Virus record (IMG/VR): IMGVR_UViG_3300035662_000021
From: an uncultured virus (IMG/VR IMGVR_UViG_3300035662_000021)
Lineage: Duplodnaviria; Heunggongvirae; Uroviricota; Caudoviricetes
Length of the DNA: 20,000 nt
Strand: one strand, 5' to 3'
A program made the translations under genes and the position numbers. The notes under the pieces are model-generated. The model made no database searches, had not been told where the DNA came from, and worked only from the letters and a program-made list of their open reading frames with translations. This document shows positions 8,341 through 15,586 of this stretch, piece by piece (the first letter of the stretch is position 1; every line of letters begins with the position of its first letter).

Positions 8341-8697
8341 TCAAGCTCCCGCTGCTGAGTTAGCAGCGACGGGGCCTTGGCGGCGGATGTCAGCGGAGAC
8401 GATGGAGCGGATCGCTGCAGCTCGTGAGCAGTGGTTGGCGGTAGCGAGGCCGTCGAGGTAGGCGATCAGTGGAATAGGGAGCTCGAAGGTGACGGTGCGT
8501 TTTCCGTTGCCGGCGAGTTCTGGTGCGGTGATGGCTGGCGATCGTGAGCGGTCGCGGTGGCCGACGATGATGGAGCGGAGGTAGGCGGCACGTGTGCAGC
8601 CCTGGTAGGCGGCCTGATGATCAAGGTGCCGGATTTGTGCGGCACTGAGATCGAGGGTGATGGTGCGACGGCCTGGGGCTGGCGGCCAGGTGGGCAT
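8341..8697 (-). CDS. Tandem (two-domain) ribbon-helix-helix transcriptional regulator (118 aa)
   Basis: Two CopG/Arc-like repeats: RRTITLDLSAAQIRHLDHQAAYQGCTRAAYLRSII and KRTVTFELPIPLIAYLDGLATANHCSRAAAIRSIV. Start at 8697 chosen from promoter and leader position; ATG at 8721 is an alternative. Confidence 0.8.
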   Translation of the reverse strand: MPTWPPAPGRRTITLDLSAAQIRHLDHQAAYQGCTRAAYLRSIIVGHRDRSRSPAITAPELAGNGKRTVTFELPIPLIAYLDGLATANHCSRAAAIRSIVSADIRRQGPVAANSAAGA

Positions 8698-8707
8698 GGG
8701 TGCTGCG

Positions 8708-8785
8708 TGGTGGGGGCTCATGTGCAGCTTACCGTAGCGGTTGCGCAACAGCAACCGATGGGGTAGGGTTTGGGAGCCACCACCA
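8708..8785. promoter_or_regulatory. Overlapping divergent promoters for the primase operon (left) and helicase operon (right)
   Basis: Minus: TTGCTG (8754-8749), 17 bp, TAAGCT (8731-8726). Plus: TTGCGC (8741-8746), 17 bp, TAGGGT (8764-8769). Palindrome GTTGCGCAAC at 8740-8749. Both followed by GAGCC(A/C)CCACCA. Confidence 0.65.
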
Positions 8786-8798
8786 GGAAGCCCTCTCC

Positions 8799-8990
8799 AT
8801 GATCATGCCAGCTGCTGCCCGGCTCAGGCGGTGGGTGCTCTGCGTTAGAGCGCAGGGTGTGGCCTCTGATCTGCGAATGGTCCCATCGAGGACTGCCGCT
8901 GACGCCAACGTGTCAAGACGTTCCAGGGCGGCAGCAAGGGGGCTGGGGGTGGTTGTTATTTCTCACTCGCCAACGAAGCTCCATGAATGA
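8799..8990 (+). CDS. Small basic hypothetical protein (63 aa, MIMPAAARLRR...)
   Basis: First ATG after the rightward promoter and leader; stop overlaps the next ORF's start. Confidence 0.55.
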   Translation: MIMPAAARLRRWVLCVRAQGVASDLRMVPSRTAADANVSRRSRAAARGLGVVVISHSPTKLHE

Positions 8991-9153
8991 CATTCAACTT
9001 GCTTGTCTCATTAAGCGGATTGCAGATGCAATTGATGAAAACTTTGGCGTTGGCTATGCAAGCCAACACCCAGAACTTGTGGCCGCGCAGCTTCAAGCAG
9101 GAGCAATCATGCAATTAGCGAGTGCTGTTTGCATGATTGCGAACCGACGATGA
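8983..9153 (+). CDS. Hypothetical protein (56 aa, MNDIQLACLIK...)
   Basis: ATG at 8983; stop forms an ATGA overlap with the helicase start. Confidence 0.6.
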   Translation: MNDIQLACLIKRIADAIDENFGVGYASQHPELVAAQLQAGAIMQLASAVCMIANRR

Positions 9154-10547
9154 CCGCCATCACCCTCCGCCCCCGCCAAACCCAAGCCGTCAAGGATCTG
9201 CGCTTCGCCTACGCCTCAGGCGCCCGTGCACCAATCCTGGTGGCGCCGACCGGGTTCGGGAAGACCCACGTCTCCGCTGAGATCGTGCGCCTCACCATCA
9301 GCCGCGGCCGCAGCGTGTGGTTCCTGGCGCACCTGCGCGAGATCCTCGATGACACGGCCGACAGGCTGCAACAGGCCGGGATCCCGTTCGGTCAGATCAG
9401 AGCAAATCGATCATCTGATTACAGCCAGCTTGTGCAAGTGGTCGGCGTGCAAACCGCTGTTCGGCGCCCTCGACTGCCCCGGCCTGATCTGATCATTATC
9501 GATGAATGCCATTTGGCCGTGGCCGAGTCCTACCGCAAGGTGATCGCCGCTGCTGGCCATCCCAGGCTGCTGGGCCTCACTGGCACGCCACAGCGGCTTG
9601 ACGGTCGCGGCCTCAGCGAGGTGTTTGATTACATCGTAGAGACGTGCTCCACCGCCGAGCTGATTGATGAAGGCCTACTGGCCCCGATCCGACTGTTTAG
9701 GCCACCATCGCCAGACCTGAGCGGGATTAGCCGCCGTGGCGGTGATTATGACCAGGGGCAGGCTGGATCAGTGCTGGCCAAGCCTGCCGTTGTTGGCGAT
9801 GCGTTAAGCCACTGGCGGAAGTTGTGCTATCGCCGCCGTGGCGTGGCGTTCTGCACAACTGTGGCGCATGCGCATGCCGTGGCCGAACAGTGGCAGCGTG
9901 CGGGCTACCGAGCGATGGCCGTTTCCGGCGGCAGTGATGATGCCGAGCGCCGCGAAGCTGTGGCTGGACTGCGTGCTGGCCGCCTGGATCTGGTCGCGTG
10001 TGCGCAGCTGTGGATCGCTGGTGTTGACGTACCGGAGATCGACGCGGTTGTATGGCTCAGGCCAACCGCAAGCCTCACGGCATGGCTGCAAGGAAATGGT
10101 CGTGGACTAAGAATTGCGCCAGGCAAGCGGGATTTGATTGTTGTTGATCATGTGGGCAACAGCGATCCTTTGCGGCTAGGTAGTCCGTTAATTCCGCATG
10201 AGTGGTCACTAGAGGGCAAGGCGAAGCGGAAAGAAGGCGAGCGAGCGCTGTCCGTGAAGATCTGCCCTAGCTGTTTTGCCAGCATGGAAAGCCGGCGCGG
10301 CGAATGTCCCGAGTGCGGCCACGTATTCACTCCGGAACGCCGGCAGCTTGAACACGTGGATGGGGAGCTTGAGGAAGTTGATGCCAGCGAGCTCAGGCGC
10401 GAAGCGAAACGTGAGCAGGCCCAGGCCACCACCGTCGAACAGCTGGTCGCGCTCGGCAAACAGCGCAGGATGAAAAACCCCCACGGCTGGGCCCGGTACG
10501 TGATGGCTGCCCGGCAGGCGAAGGGGCAGTGGAGGAGGGTGGCGTGA
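9150..10547 (+). CDS. SF2 DEAD/DEAH-like helicase with C-terminal Zn finger (RadD/YejH-like, 465 aa)
   Basis: Q motif LRPRQ, APTGFGKT, IIDECH, GLTGTP, GVDVP, QGNGRGLR, CPSC...CPECGH. Confidence 0.94.
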   Translation: MTAITLRPRQTQAVKDLRFAYASGARAPILVAPTGFGKTHVSAEIVRLTISRGRSVWFLAHLREILDDTADRLQQAGIPFGQIRANRSSDYSQLVQVVGVQTAVRRPRLPRPDLIIIDECHLAVAESYRKVIAAAGHPRLLGLTGTPQRLDGRGLSEVFDYIVETCSTAELIDEGLLAPIRLFRPPSPDLSGISRRGGDYDQGQAGSVLAKPAVVGDALSHWRKLCYRRRGVAFCTTVAHAHAVAEQWQRAGYRAMAVSGGSDDAERREAVAGLRAGRLDLVACAQLWIAGVDVPEIDAVVWLRPTASLTAWLQGNGRGLRIAPGKRDLIVVDHVGNSDPLRLGSPLIPHEWSLEGKAKRKEGERALSVKICPSCFASMESRRGECPECGHVFTPERRQLEHVDGELEEVDASELRREAKREQAQATTVEQLVALGKQRRMKNPHGWARYVMAARQAKGQWRRVA

Positions 10548-11350
10548 GCACTCAGTACGTATTCAGCTGCGGCGGCGGCGTTCAGTCCACGGCCTGTTTG
10601 GTGCTGGCGGCCCAGGGTGTCATCCCATACCGCATCTTCGTCTTTGCCAACGTCGGCGACAAGGCCGAGGATCCCCGCACCATCGCCTACGTGACAGACG
10701 TGCTCAAGCCTTACGCGGCACGGCACGGGATTGAGTGGGTTGAGATCCAGCGACGCCGGCGTGATGGCAAGCCTGTGGATCTGTATGAGGATCTGCACCG
10801 TCCATTGCGTGCCATCAACATTCCCGTGCGGATGGCCAACGGATCACCAGGGAATCGCAACTGCACGGTTGAGTTCAAGATCAAGCCCATTGCGAGATGG
10901 ATTAAGGCCAACGCGCCAGGCTGTGTACTGGGGAAGGGCATCAGCACGGATGAGCCACACCGCGCCACGCCCAGCCGCGAATCCGACTGCTACAGCAGCG
11001 CCTACCCGCTAATTGAGCTGGGCTACAGCCGCCAAGACTGCCTGCGGGTGGTGGCCGATGCTGGCCTGCCACAGCCGCCGAAATCCAGCTGCTGGTTCTG
11101 CCCCTACAAGACCACCGATCAATGGATCACGATGCGACGCGAGCGACCTGAGTTGTCCGCCAGCGCTGCGGAGCTGGAGAATCGCCTCAACGCCAAGCGC
11201 GAGGCGATCGGCAAGGATCGGGTCTTCATGTCAGGCGTTGGCGCCAGGCGGAGGCAGTCACTGGACACTGCAATCCCTGATCAGCTTGGCCTGTTCTCGG
11301 AATGGATTGATGAGCAAGACGGCTGCGAGTCTGGCTACTGCATGACATGA
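10544..11350 (+). CDS. PAPS-reductase-fold (adenine nucleotide alpha hydrolase/PP-loop) phage protein (268 aa)
   Basis: N-terminal SCGGGVQST PP-loop-like motif, FANVG, RNCTVEFKIKPI, YPLIE, KSSCWFCP, C-terminal CESGYC; GTGA overlap with the helicase stop. Confidence 0.82.
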   Translation: MSTQYVFSCGGGVQSTACLVLAAQGVIPYRIFVFANVGDKAEDPRTIAYVTDVLKPYAARHGIEWVEIQRRRRDGKPVDLYEDLHRPLRAINIPVRMANGSPGNRNCTVEFKIKPIARWIKANAPGCVLGKGISTDEPHRATPSRESDCYSSAYPLIELGYSRQDCLRVVADAGLPQPPKSSCWFCPYKTTDQWITMRRERPELSASAAELENRLNAKREAIGKDRVFMSGVGARRRQSLDTAIPDQLGLFSEWIDEQDGCESGYCMT

Positions 11351-11496
11351 CCACCCATCCCCCCACCTTCCAGATCACCGACAAGGGCGGCTGCATCGGC
11401 CGGTTCTGGTGGGTCAACACCATCCCCCACACCGGCCGGGAGTGGTGGCCGGAGCTTTTCCCGTTCTGGGGAACGTCGCACTGGTATCGGTCATGA
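11347..11496 (+). CDS. Small Trp-rich hypothetical protein (49 aa), absent from the ORF track
   Basis: MTTHPPTFQITDKGGCIGRFWWVNTIPHTGREWWPELFPFWGTSHWYRS; ATGA overlaps at both ends. Confidence 0.7.
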   Translation: MTTHPPTFQITDKGGCIGRFWWVNTIPHTGREWWPELFPFWGTSHWYRS

Positions 11497-12152
11497 CCCC
11501 GCCCCCACGCTGGACACAGGCCGAGGCTGAGTTTATAGAAAACCTTGCTGGTGATCTACCGCTGCTGGAGATCCACCGGCTGTATCAGCAGCAGGCAAAG
11601 TCCCATGGCTGGCGACAGCGATCAGCGATGGCAATCAAGCTCAGGCTGAGGCGAACCGGTCACCATTCAATGGTCAGGACTGGTCAGTGGCTGACACCGA
11701 ATGGCACGGGCGAGGTGCTGGGTTGTGCTGGGTCACGGGTTGCTAGCTGGCTGAAACGACCTGACGTGCTGGCGATCGTCCGGCCGGTATGGCGTGGGAA
11801 CGCGCGGTATGTGAGCAGGGCAGGCTGGCGACGGCTTGCGCGGGAGCTGCCAAAGGTGCTCGGCGGGTTTGATGCGAATCGGTTGTTTCAGCTGCTGGAG
11901 GATCGCGAGCTAGCTGAAGCTGTCGCGGCTCAGTATCGCAGGCCGTTAGGTGATTACCAGATCCAGTGCATTGAAACCGGTCAGCGGTGGCCGAATGCGG
12001 TGAAGGCTGCCGCAGAGCTGCACGTCAGCCACACAGCGATCACGCTGGCGATCAGGAAACGCCGGCCGTTGTATGCGCTGGGAATGACATTCGAGGCCCT
12101 GCGGAGCGTAGCTCACGGCGCCAACCGTGCCTTGCCCCAGCGCTTCTGCTGA
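11493..12152 (+). CDS. Multi-HTH putative DNA-binding protein with C-terminal NUMOD1-like HTH (219 aa)
   Basis: N-terminal WTQAEAEFIENL (Myb-like), central LTPNGTGEVLGCAGSRVASWL, C-terminal IQCIETGQRWPNAVKAAAELHVSHTAITLAIRK. Confidence 0.65.
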   Translation: MTPPPRWTQAEAEFIENLAGDLPLLEIHRLYQQQAKSHGWRQRSAMAIKLRLRRTGHHSMVRTGQWLTPNGTGEVLGCAGSRVASWLKRPDVLAIVRPVWRGNARYVSRAGWRRLARELPKVLGGFDANRLFQLLEDRELAEAVAAQYRRPLGDYQIQCIETGQRWPNAVKAAAELHVSHTAITLAIRKRRPLYALGMTFEALRSVAHGANRALPQRFC

Positions 12153-12835
12153 TACCAGGCTGCGATCTGCGGTGTCCACGACCCCACCAACGGCCAGATC
12201 ATGCCGCACAGCTGCCGAATCTCATCTTGCGCGTCAGCCTTCGACCTGAGGTCGAGGAAGTGCAGCAGTGCCCGCAAGGTAAACGACACCACGAAGTGCT
12301 GGCGGTAGTCGAACGGCAGGATGCTGCGGGCGTGTTCTTCGGCGAAGCCGGCCAGCAGCAGCTCGCGGTAGCGCTCCGCAGCGACGCGGCAGTACTGCCA
12401 ATCGATTTCCCGTTGATCTGCGGTGTAGCTGTACTTCTTGCCCTGGCGATCGGTGTAGTCTCCAACCGGGCGAAGATAGAACACTTCTTCAAGCTCCAGC
12501 TCGCCCAGTGCGGCGCGGCAGATGCGCTCGCCCGTATATCGCATTGACTGCACATCGAACGACACCCCCACCCGATGTGTGCGTGCCTGCTGCATCACCG
12601 AATGGGGAAACCAGCCCACGTTCAGCGTGATCTGCGGATGCTCCAGCGGGCCGTAGTGCCCACGCTCACCAGACAGCAAGCGCCGCACACAGATCTCCCC
12701 GGCGCGGGTTTCATCGGGCGATTCTTGATCCCCAACGAATCCCTCGCTGTAGTCCTGGTGCATGGCCTGCCAGATCGCGGTCTGCGGCAGCGGCGTCTGC
12801 GCCAGCAGGGCAACGCGAAACCGTGGGTCAATCAT
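12113..12835 (-). CDS. thyX: Flavin-dependent thymidylate synthase
   Basis: GHYGPLEH, ThyX signature QARTHRVGVSFDVQSMRY, EEHARSILP, LDLRSKADAQDEI. Confidence 0.96.
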   Translation of the reverse strand: MIDPRFRVALLAQTPLPQTAIWQAMHQDYSEGFVGDQESPDETRAGEICVRRLLSGERGHYGPLEHPQITLNVGWFPHSVMQQARTHRVGVSFDVQSMRYTGERICRAALGELELEEVFYLRPVGDYTDRQGKKYSYTADQREIDWQYCRVAAERYRELLLAGFAEEHARSILPFDYRQHFVVSFTLRALLHFLDLRSKADAQDEIRQLCGMIWPLVGSWTPQIAAWYQQKRWGKARLAP

Positions 12836-13158
12836 GCGGCGTGTGTGGTGGGTGGATTCAGCCAGCCGTCGATGCGTGTGGCACGATCAGGGCAGAACCA
12901 GGACTGGGCGGCGAACCACTCGCGCCAGGTGGTCGATTGCTTCAGCCCATTACATCGCTGGCAGGCTGGCACTAGATTTCCTGCCACGGTCAGTCCACCA
13001 GCAGATCGTGGGACGACGTGATCAAGGGTGTCTGCGGGTTGACTACAGTAGGCACACTGGTGATCCCAGGCATCGAAGATCGAGGCGCGAAATCGGAGCT
13101 TGGTGGTGCGTTTGGTCTGGAGTTCAGTCTCGGAGATGTGAGCTGAGAACTCGGCCAT
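12832..13158 (-). CDS. HNH endonuclease (108 aa)
   Basis: CAYC...TLDHVVPRSAGG....NLVPACQRCNGLK. Confidence 0.93.
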   Translation of the reverse strand: MAEFSAHISETELQTKRTTKLRFRASIFDAWDHQCAYCSQPADTLDHVVPRSAGGLTVAGNLVPACQRCNGLKQSTTWREWFAAQSWFCPDRATRIDGWLNPPTTHAA

Positions 13159-13181
13159 CTAGCTGGTGGTGAACCACTGGG

Positions 13182-14387
13182 TCATCGTTCCTGATGCACT
13201 CCGATGTAGACGGTGCCTTTCTTGGTGAGCGGCAGCACCTTGTCGCGCAGATCGATGTTGTGCATCCGCAGGCAGCCAAAGGTGGAATGCAGCCGTTGCT
13301 TGGGTGCCCATGCACCAGGCCATCCGCAGGCAGTGCCACCACCGTGGAGCATGATGCCGGCGCGGCCGTGCTTAGCCTCCTGGTTCTCCAGCTCGATCAT
13401 GTCGAAGGAATACCAGCCGTAGGACCGCAGTGTTGCGTCAAATGCTGGCTTGTCTCCAACCCGCTCGTAGTCCTTGTAGATCTGGCCGATTTTGTAAAGG
13501 CCAGGCGGTGTGTCGCTGTTGCGTGTGCGCCAGTCGTTATCAGCACCCTGGCCACGTGCCAGGCATGGAGCCTTCCACAGCAGCTTGCCCGTGTGGTCGT
13601 AGGCCTCAATCTGCTGATCACGGTCGTTGACCAACAGATAGCTGTCGCCAGGTTTGACGGGTGCTTTCTTGGCCGGGCCAACCATGCCGGATTCCTCTGT
13701 ACCGCGAGGATCGAGGCCGCCGACAGGGGCAACCGGCGGGGCAGCCGGCGGGGCCTGCTGCAGCTGGCGGCCAACGAACAGCTCCACTTCGGCCTTGCGG
13801 CGGCGGGTCAGGCCAGCCAGCGGGGTGCCGCCTGATTTGTTCCAGCGCGGCAGTTCTGCGGCGACCACCACCGCCGGATCCTCTCCTGCCAGGATCCGTT
13901 TACGCAGGGTGGAATTCTGCATCGCCCCTACGCCGAGGTTGTATGTCCAGCTGAGCAACGCAGCGATACGGTTTGGTTGCCAGCTGCTTACCGCAGGAAT
14001 GGCTCTCACCAAGGCTTCATGGAACCGCTTCAGGTCTGCATCAAGCTGCGCGTCAGCCTGCGCCTGGGTGATGCTCTGACCCTCTCTCACCACCTTGCCG
14101 CTGATGGTGGTCGAGCCCCAGCCGATGGCCCATGCGCCGGCATCGGGGTAAGCCTGGAGCCTGAGGCCCTCGAACTCCTTGATGATTTTTCGTGCTGAGG
14201 GCAGCCATGCCGGTTCAGGCACCGGCGCTGCGGGACTGCCCTGTGCCCTCCACAGCTCGGTGAACTCCCGGCGCTGCTCCGCGGTCAGCGATTCATCCAG
14301 CCGACCCAGTGCGGCCAGCTGATGCGGCGTCAGATGGCCCTGGCGTATGGCGTGCTGAGTGGCAGCGCGGACTGTGGCGAAAGTCAT
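13182..14387 (-). CDS. Endolysin: helical N-terminal domain + GH24 lysozyme + YkuD-like L,D-transpeptidase domain (401 aa)
   Basis: IIKEFEGLRLQAYPD...IGWG, SWTYNLG, RWNK...GLTRRRKAEVELF (GH24); TPPGLYKI...IMLHGG...STFGCLRM (YkuD-like His/Cys). Confidence 0.9.
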   Translation of the reverse strand: MTFATVRAATQHAIRQGHLTPHQLAALGRLDESLTAEQRREFTELWRAQGSPAAPVPEPAWLPSARKIIKEFEGLRLQAYPDAGAWAIGWGSTTISGKVVREGQSITQAQADAQLDADLKRFHEALVRAIPAVSSWQPNRIAALLSWTYNLGVGAMQNSTLRKRILAGEDPAVVVAAELPRWNKSGGTPLAGLTRRRKAEVELFVGRQLQQAPPAAPPVAPVGGLDPRGTEESGMVGPAKKAPVKPGDSYLLVNDRDQQIEAYDHTGKLLWKAPCLARGQGADNDWRTRNSDTPPGLYKIGQIYKDYERVGDKPAFDATLRSYGWYSFDMIELENQEAKHGRAGIMLHGGGTACGWPGAWAPKQRLHSTFGCLRMHNIDLRDKVLPLTKKGTVYIGVHQER

Positions 14388-14560
14388 TTCAGATCAGGCA
14401 AGCGATCACCAAGCAGGCGATCAAGGAAGTGCCACCCATGGCGGCCGGCCCAGAACGCGGCTGGTTCGAGGAAGGCCTTGAGGACAATCAGCCGCACGCC
14501 ACCGGCCAGCAGCGAGCCGAGCACGATGTCGGTGATGATCCGGCCGTCGTCTGCGCTCAT
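14384..14560 (-). CDS. Small membrane protein, holin candidate (58 aa), absent from the ORF track
   Basis: MSADDGRIITDIVLGSLLAGGVRLIVLKAFLEPAAFWAGRHGWHFLDRLLGDRLPDLK; ATGA overlaps on both sides; directly upstream of the endolysin. Holin role is inferred from position only. Confidence 0.7.
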   Translation of the reverse strand: MSADDGRIITDIVLGSLLAGGVRLIVLKAFLEPAAFWAGRHGWHFLDRLLGDRLPDLK

Positions 14561-15015
14561 CGCTGCTTCAGGAGGCGTTGCACGGTGGAACGGAAGACAC
14601 CGAGCGCATCGGCGATCTCCTGCTGGGTGTAACCGCGGCCGTGCAGTTCCTGCGCCAGATCGGCTCGATCCACTGGTTCCTGATCCGGGTCGTCGATCAG
14701 CGCGACGGGTTCCGGCAGAGGTTCCGGCAGAGGTTCAGGCAGAGGTTCCGGCTGGTACTCCAGCTGGGGCTCAGGTTCATCTTGGCGGCGGCGCAGTGCT
14801 GGGTTGTAGGTCCACAGGCCACCGAAGGATCCAGCGATGGCGGCAACACCAGCCACCAGCGGCAGGGTGTTTTCCGAGATCACCTGATCGCAGGCGCCCT
14901 GCTCAGCGCGGAACTGCACGCAGTCCACGATGCGGTATCCCGAAACGAGCATGGCGGCGACACCAGCAACGACCGAACCGCCGAAGGCTGCAGGGGCAAG
15001 CATGGGCTGGCGCAT
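14557..15015 (-). CDS. Two-TM membrane protein with PEPL linker and C-terminal HTH (about 152 aa)
   Basis: Hydrophobic segments AFGGSVVAGVAAMLVSGY and LPLVAGVAAIAGSFGGLWTY; HTH GYTQQEIADALGVFRSTVQRLLK. Start at ATG 15015 preferred because the 15069 start lies in the hairpin. Confidence 0.75.
   Translation of the reverse strand: MRQPMLAPAAFGGSVVAGVAAMLVSGYRIVDCVQFRAEQGACDQVISENTLPLVAGVAAIAGSFGGLWTYNPALRRRQDEPEPQLEYQPEPLPEPLPEPLPEPVALIDDPDQEPVDRADLAQELHGRGYTQQEIADALGVFRSTVQRLLKQR
14708..14752. repeat. 12-bp tandem repeat (GGTTCCGGCAGA, about 3.7 copies) encoding PEPL repeats
   Basis: Units start at 14708, 14720, 14732 (one mismatch) and 14744 (partial). Confidence 0.92.
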
Positions 15016-15057
15016 CACGGTGGTGGGCGAGCTGCTGTAGCTTTCCAGTGCGCCAAT

Positions 15058-15087
15058 GAAAAACCCCACCGGACCAGGGCGGGGCTT
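15058..15087 (-). terminator. Intrinsic terminator-like hairpin upstream of the lysis block
   Basis: Minus strand reads GCCCCGCC-CTGGTCC-GGTGGGGT followed by a T run. Confidence 0.65.
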
Positions 15088-15137
15088 GATGTGTTCTCGG
15101 TGGCAGTATGGCGTTGTGCAACCGCAACGCCGCCACC

Positions 15138-15584
15138 ATGTCAGCCGAACACCATATTCAGCAGCGGATCCTGCTCGCGTGCGGCAGCGGCGATGCGCGG
15201 CTGTGGCGGAACAACGTGGGCACGGGCTGGGCAGGGGCTACCACCAGGATCACCGCCGGGAATGTCAGGGCAGTGGCAGCTCAGTTGAGGCCTGGTGATG
15301 TGGTGGTGCGCAACGCCAGGCCGCTGCATGCGGGCCTGTGCGTCGGATCCTCCGACCTGATCGGTTATTCGGCGCTGGTGGTGGGGCCTGAGCACGTTGG
15401 GCAACGGCTAGCGGTGTTCGCCGCGGTGGAGGTGAAGACCGCGAAGGGGCGACCATCTGCAGAGCAGGTGCAGTTCCTGAACCACATCGAGCAGGCGGGC
15501 GGCATGGCTGGGATTGCTCGCAGCGTTGACGAAGCACATCTGATCCTTCGTGGCCCGAGCGCAAACGCTACCGCTACGGTTTAA
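15138..15584 (+). CDS. VRR-NUC domain nuclease (148 aa)
   Basis: EHHIQQRI, LWRNNVG, GSSDLIG, AVEVKTAKGRPSAEQVQFL, GGMAGIARSVDEA. Confidence 0.9.
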   Translation: MSAEHHIQQRILLACGSGDARLWRNNVGTGWAGATTRITAGNVRAVAAQLRPGDVVVRNARPLHAGLCVGSSDLIGYSALVVGPEHVGQRLAVFAAVEVKTAKGRPSAEQVQFLNHIEQAGGMAGIARSVDEAHLILRGPSANATATV

Positions 15585-15586
15585 CT

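Noticed and set aside
11493..12152. Homing endonuclease or intron call for the NUMOD1-like gene
   Set aside because: No HNH or GIY-YIG catalytic motif and no interrupted gene.
13194..15288. Long antisense ORFs (13194-13835, 14322-15059, 14578-15288) and similar shadows elsewhere
   Set aside because: They lie opposite well-supported genes, as expected in high-GC DNA, and carry no motifs.
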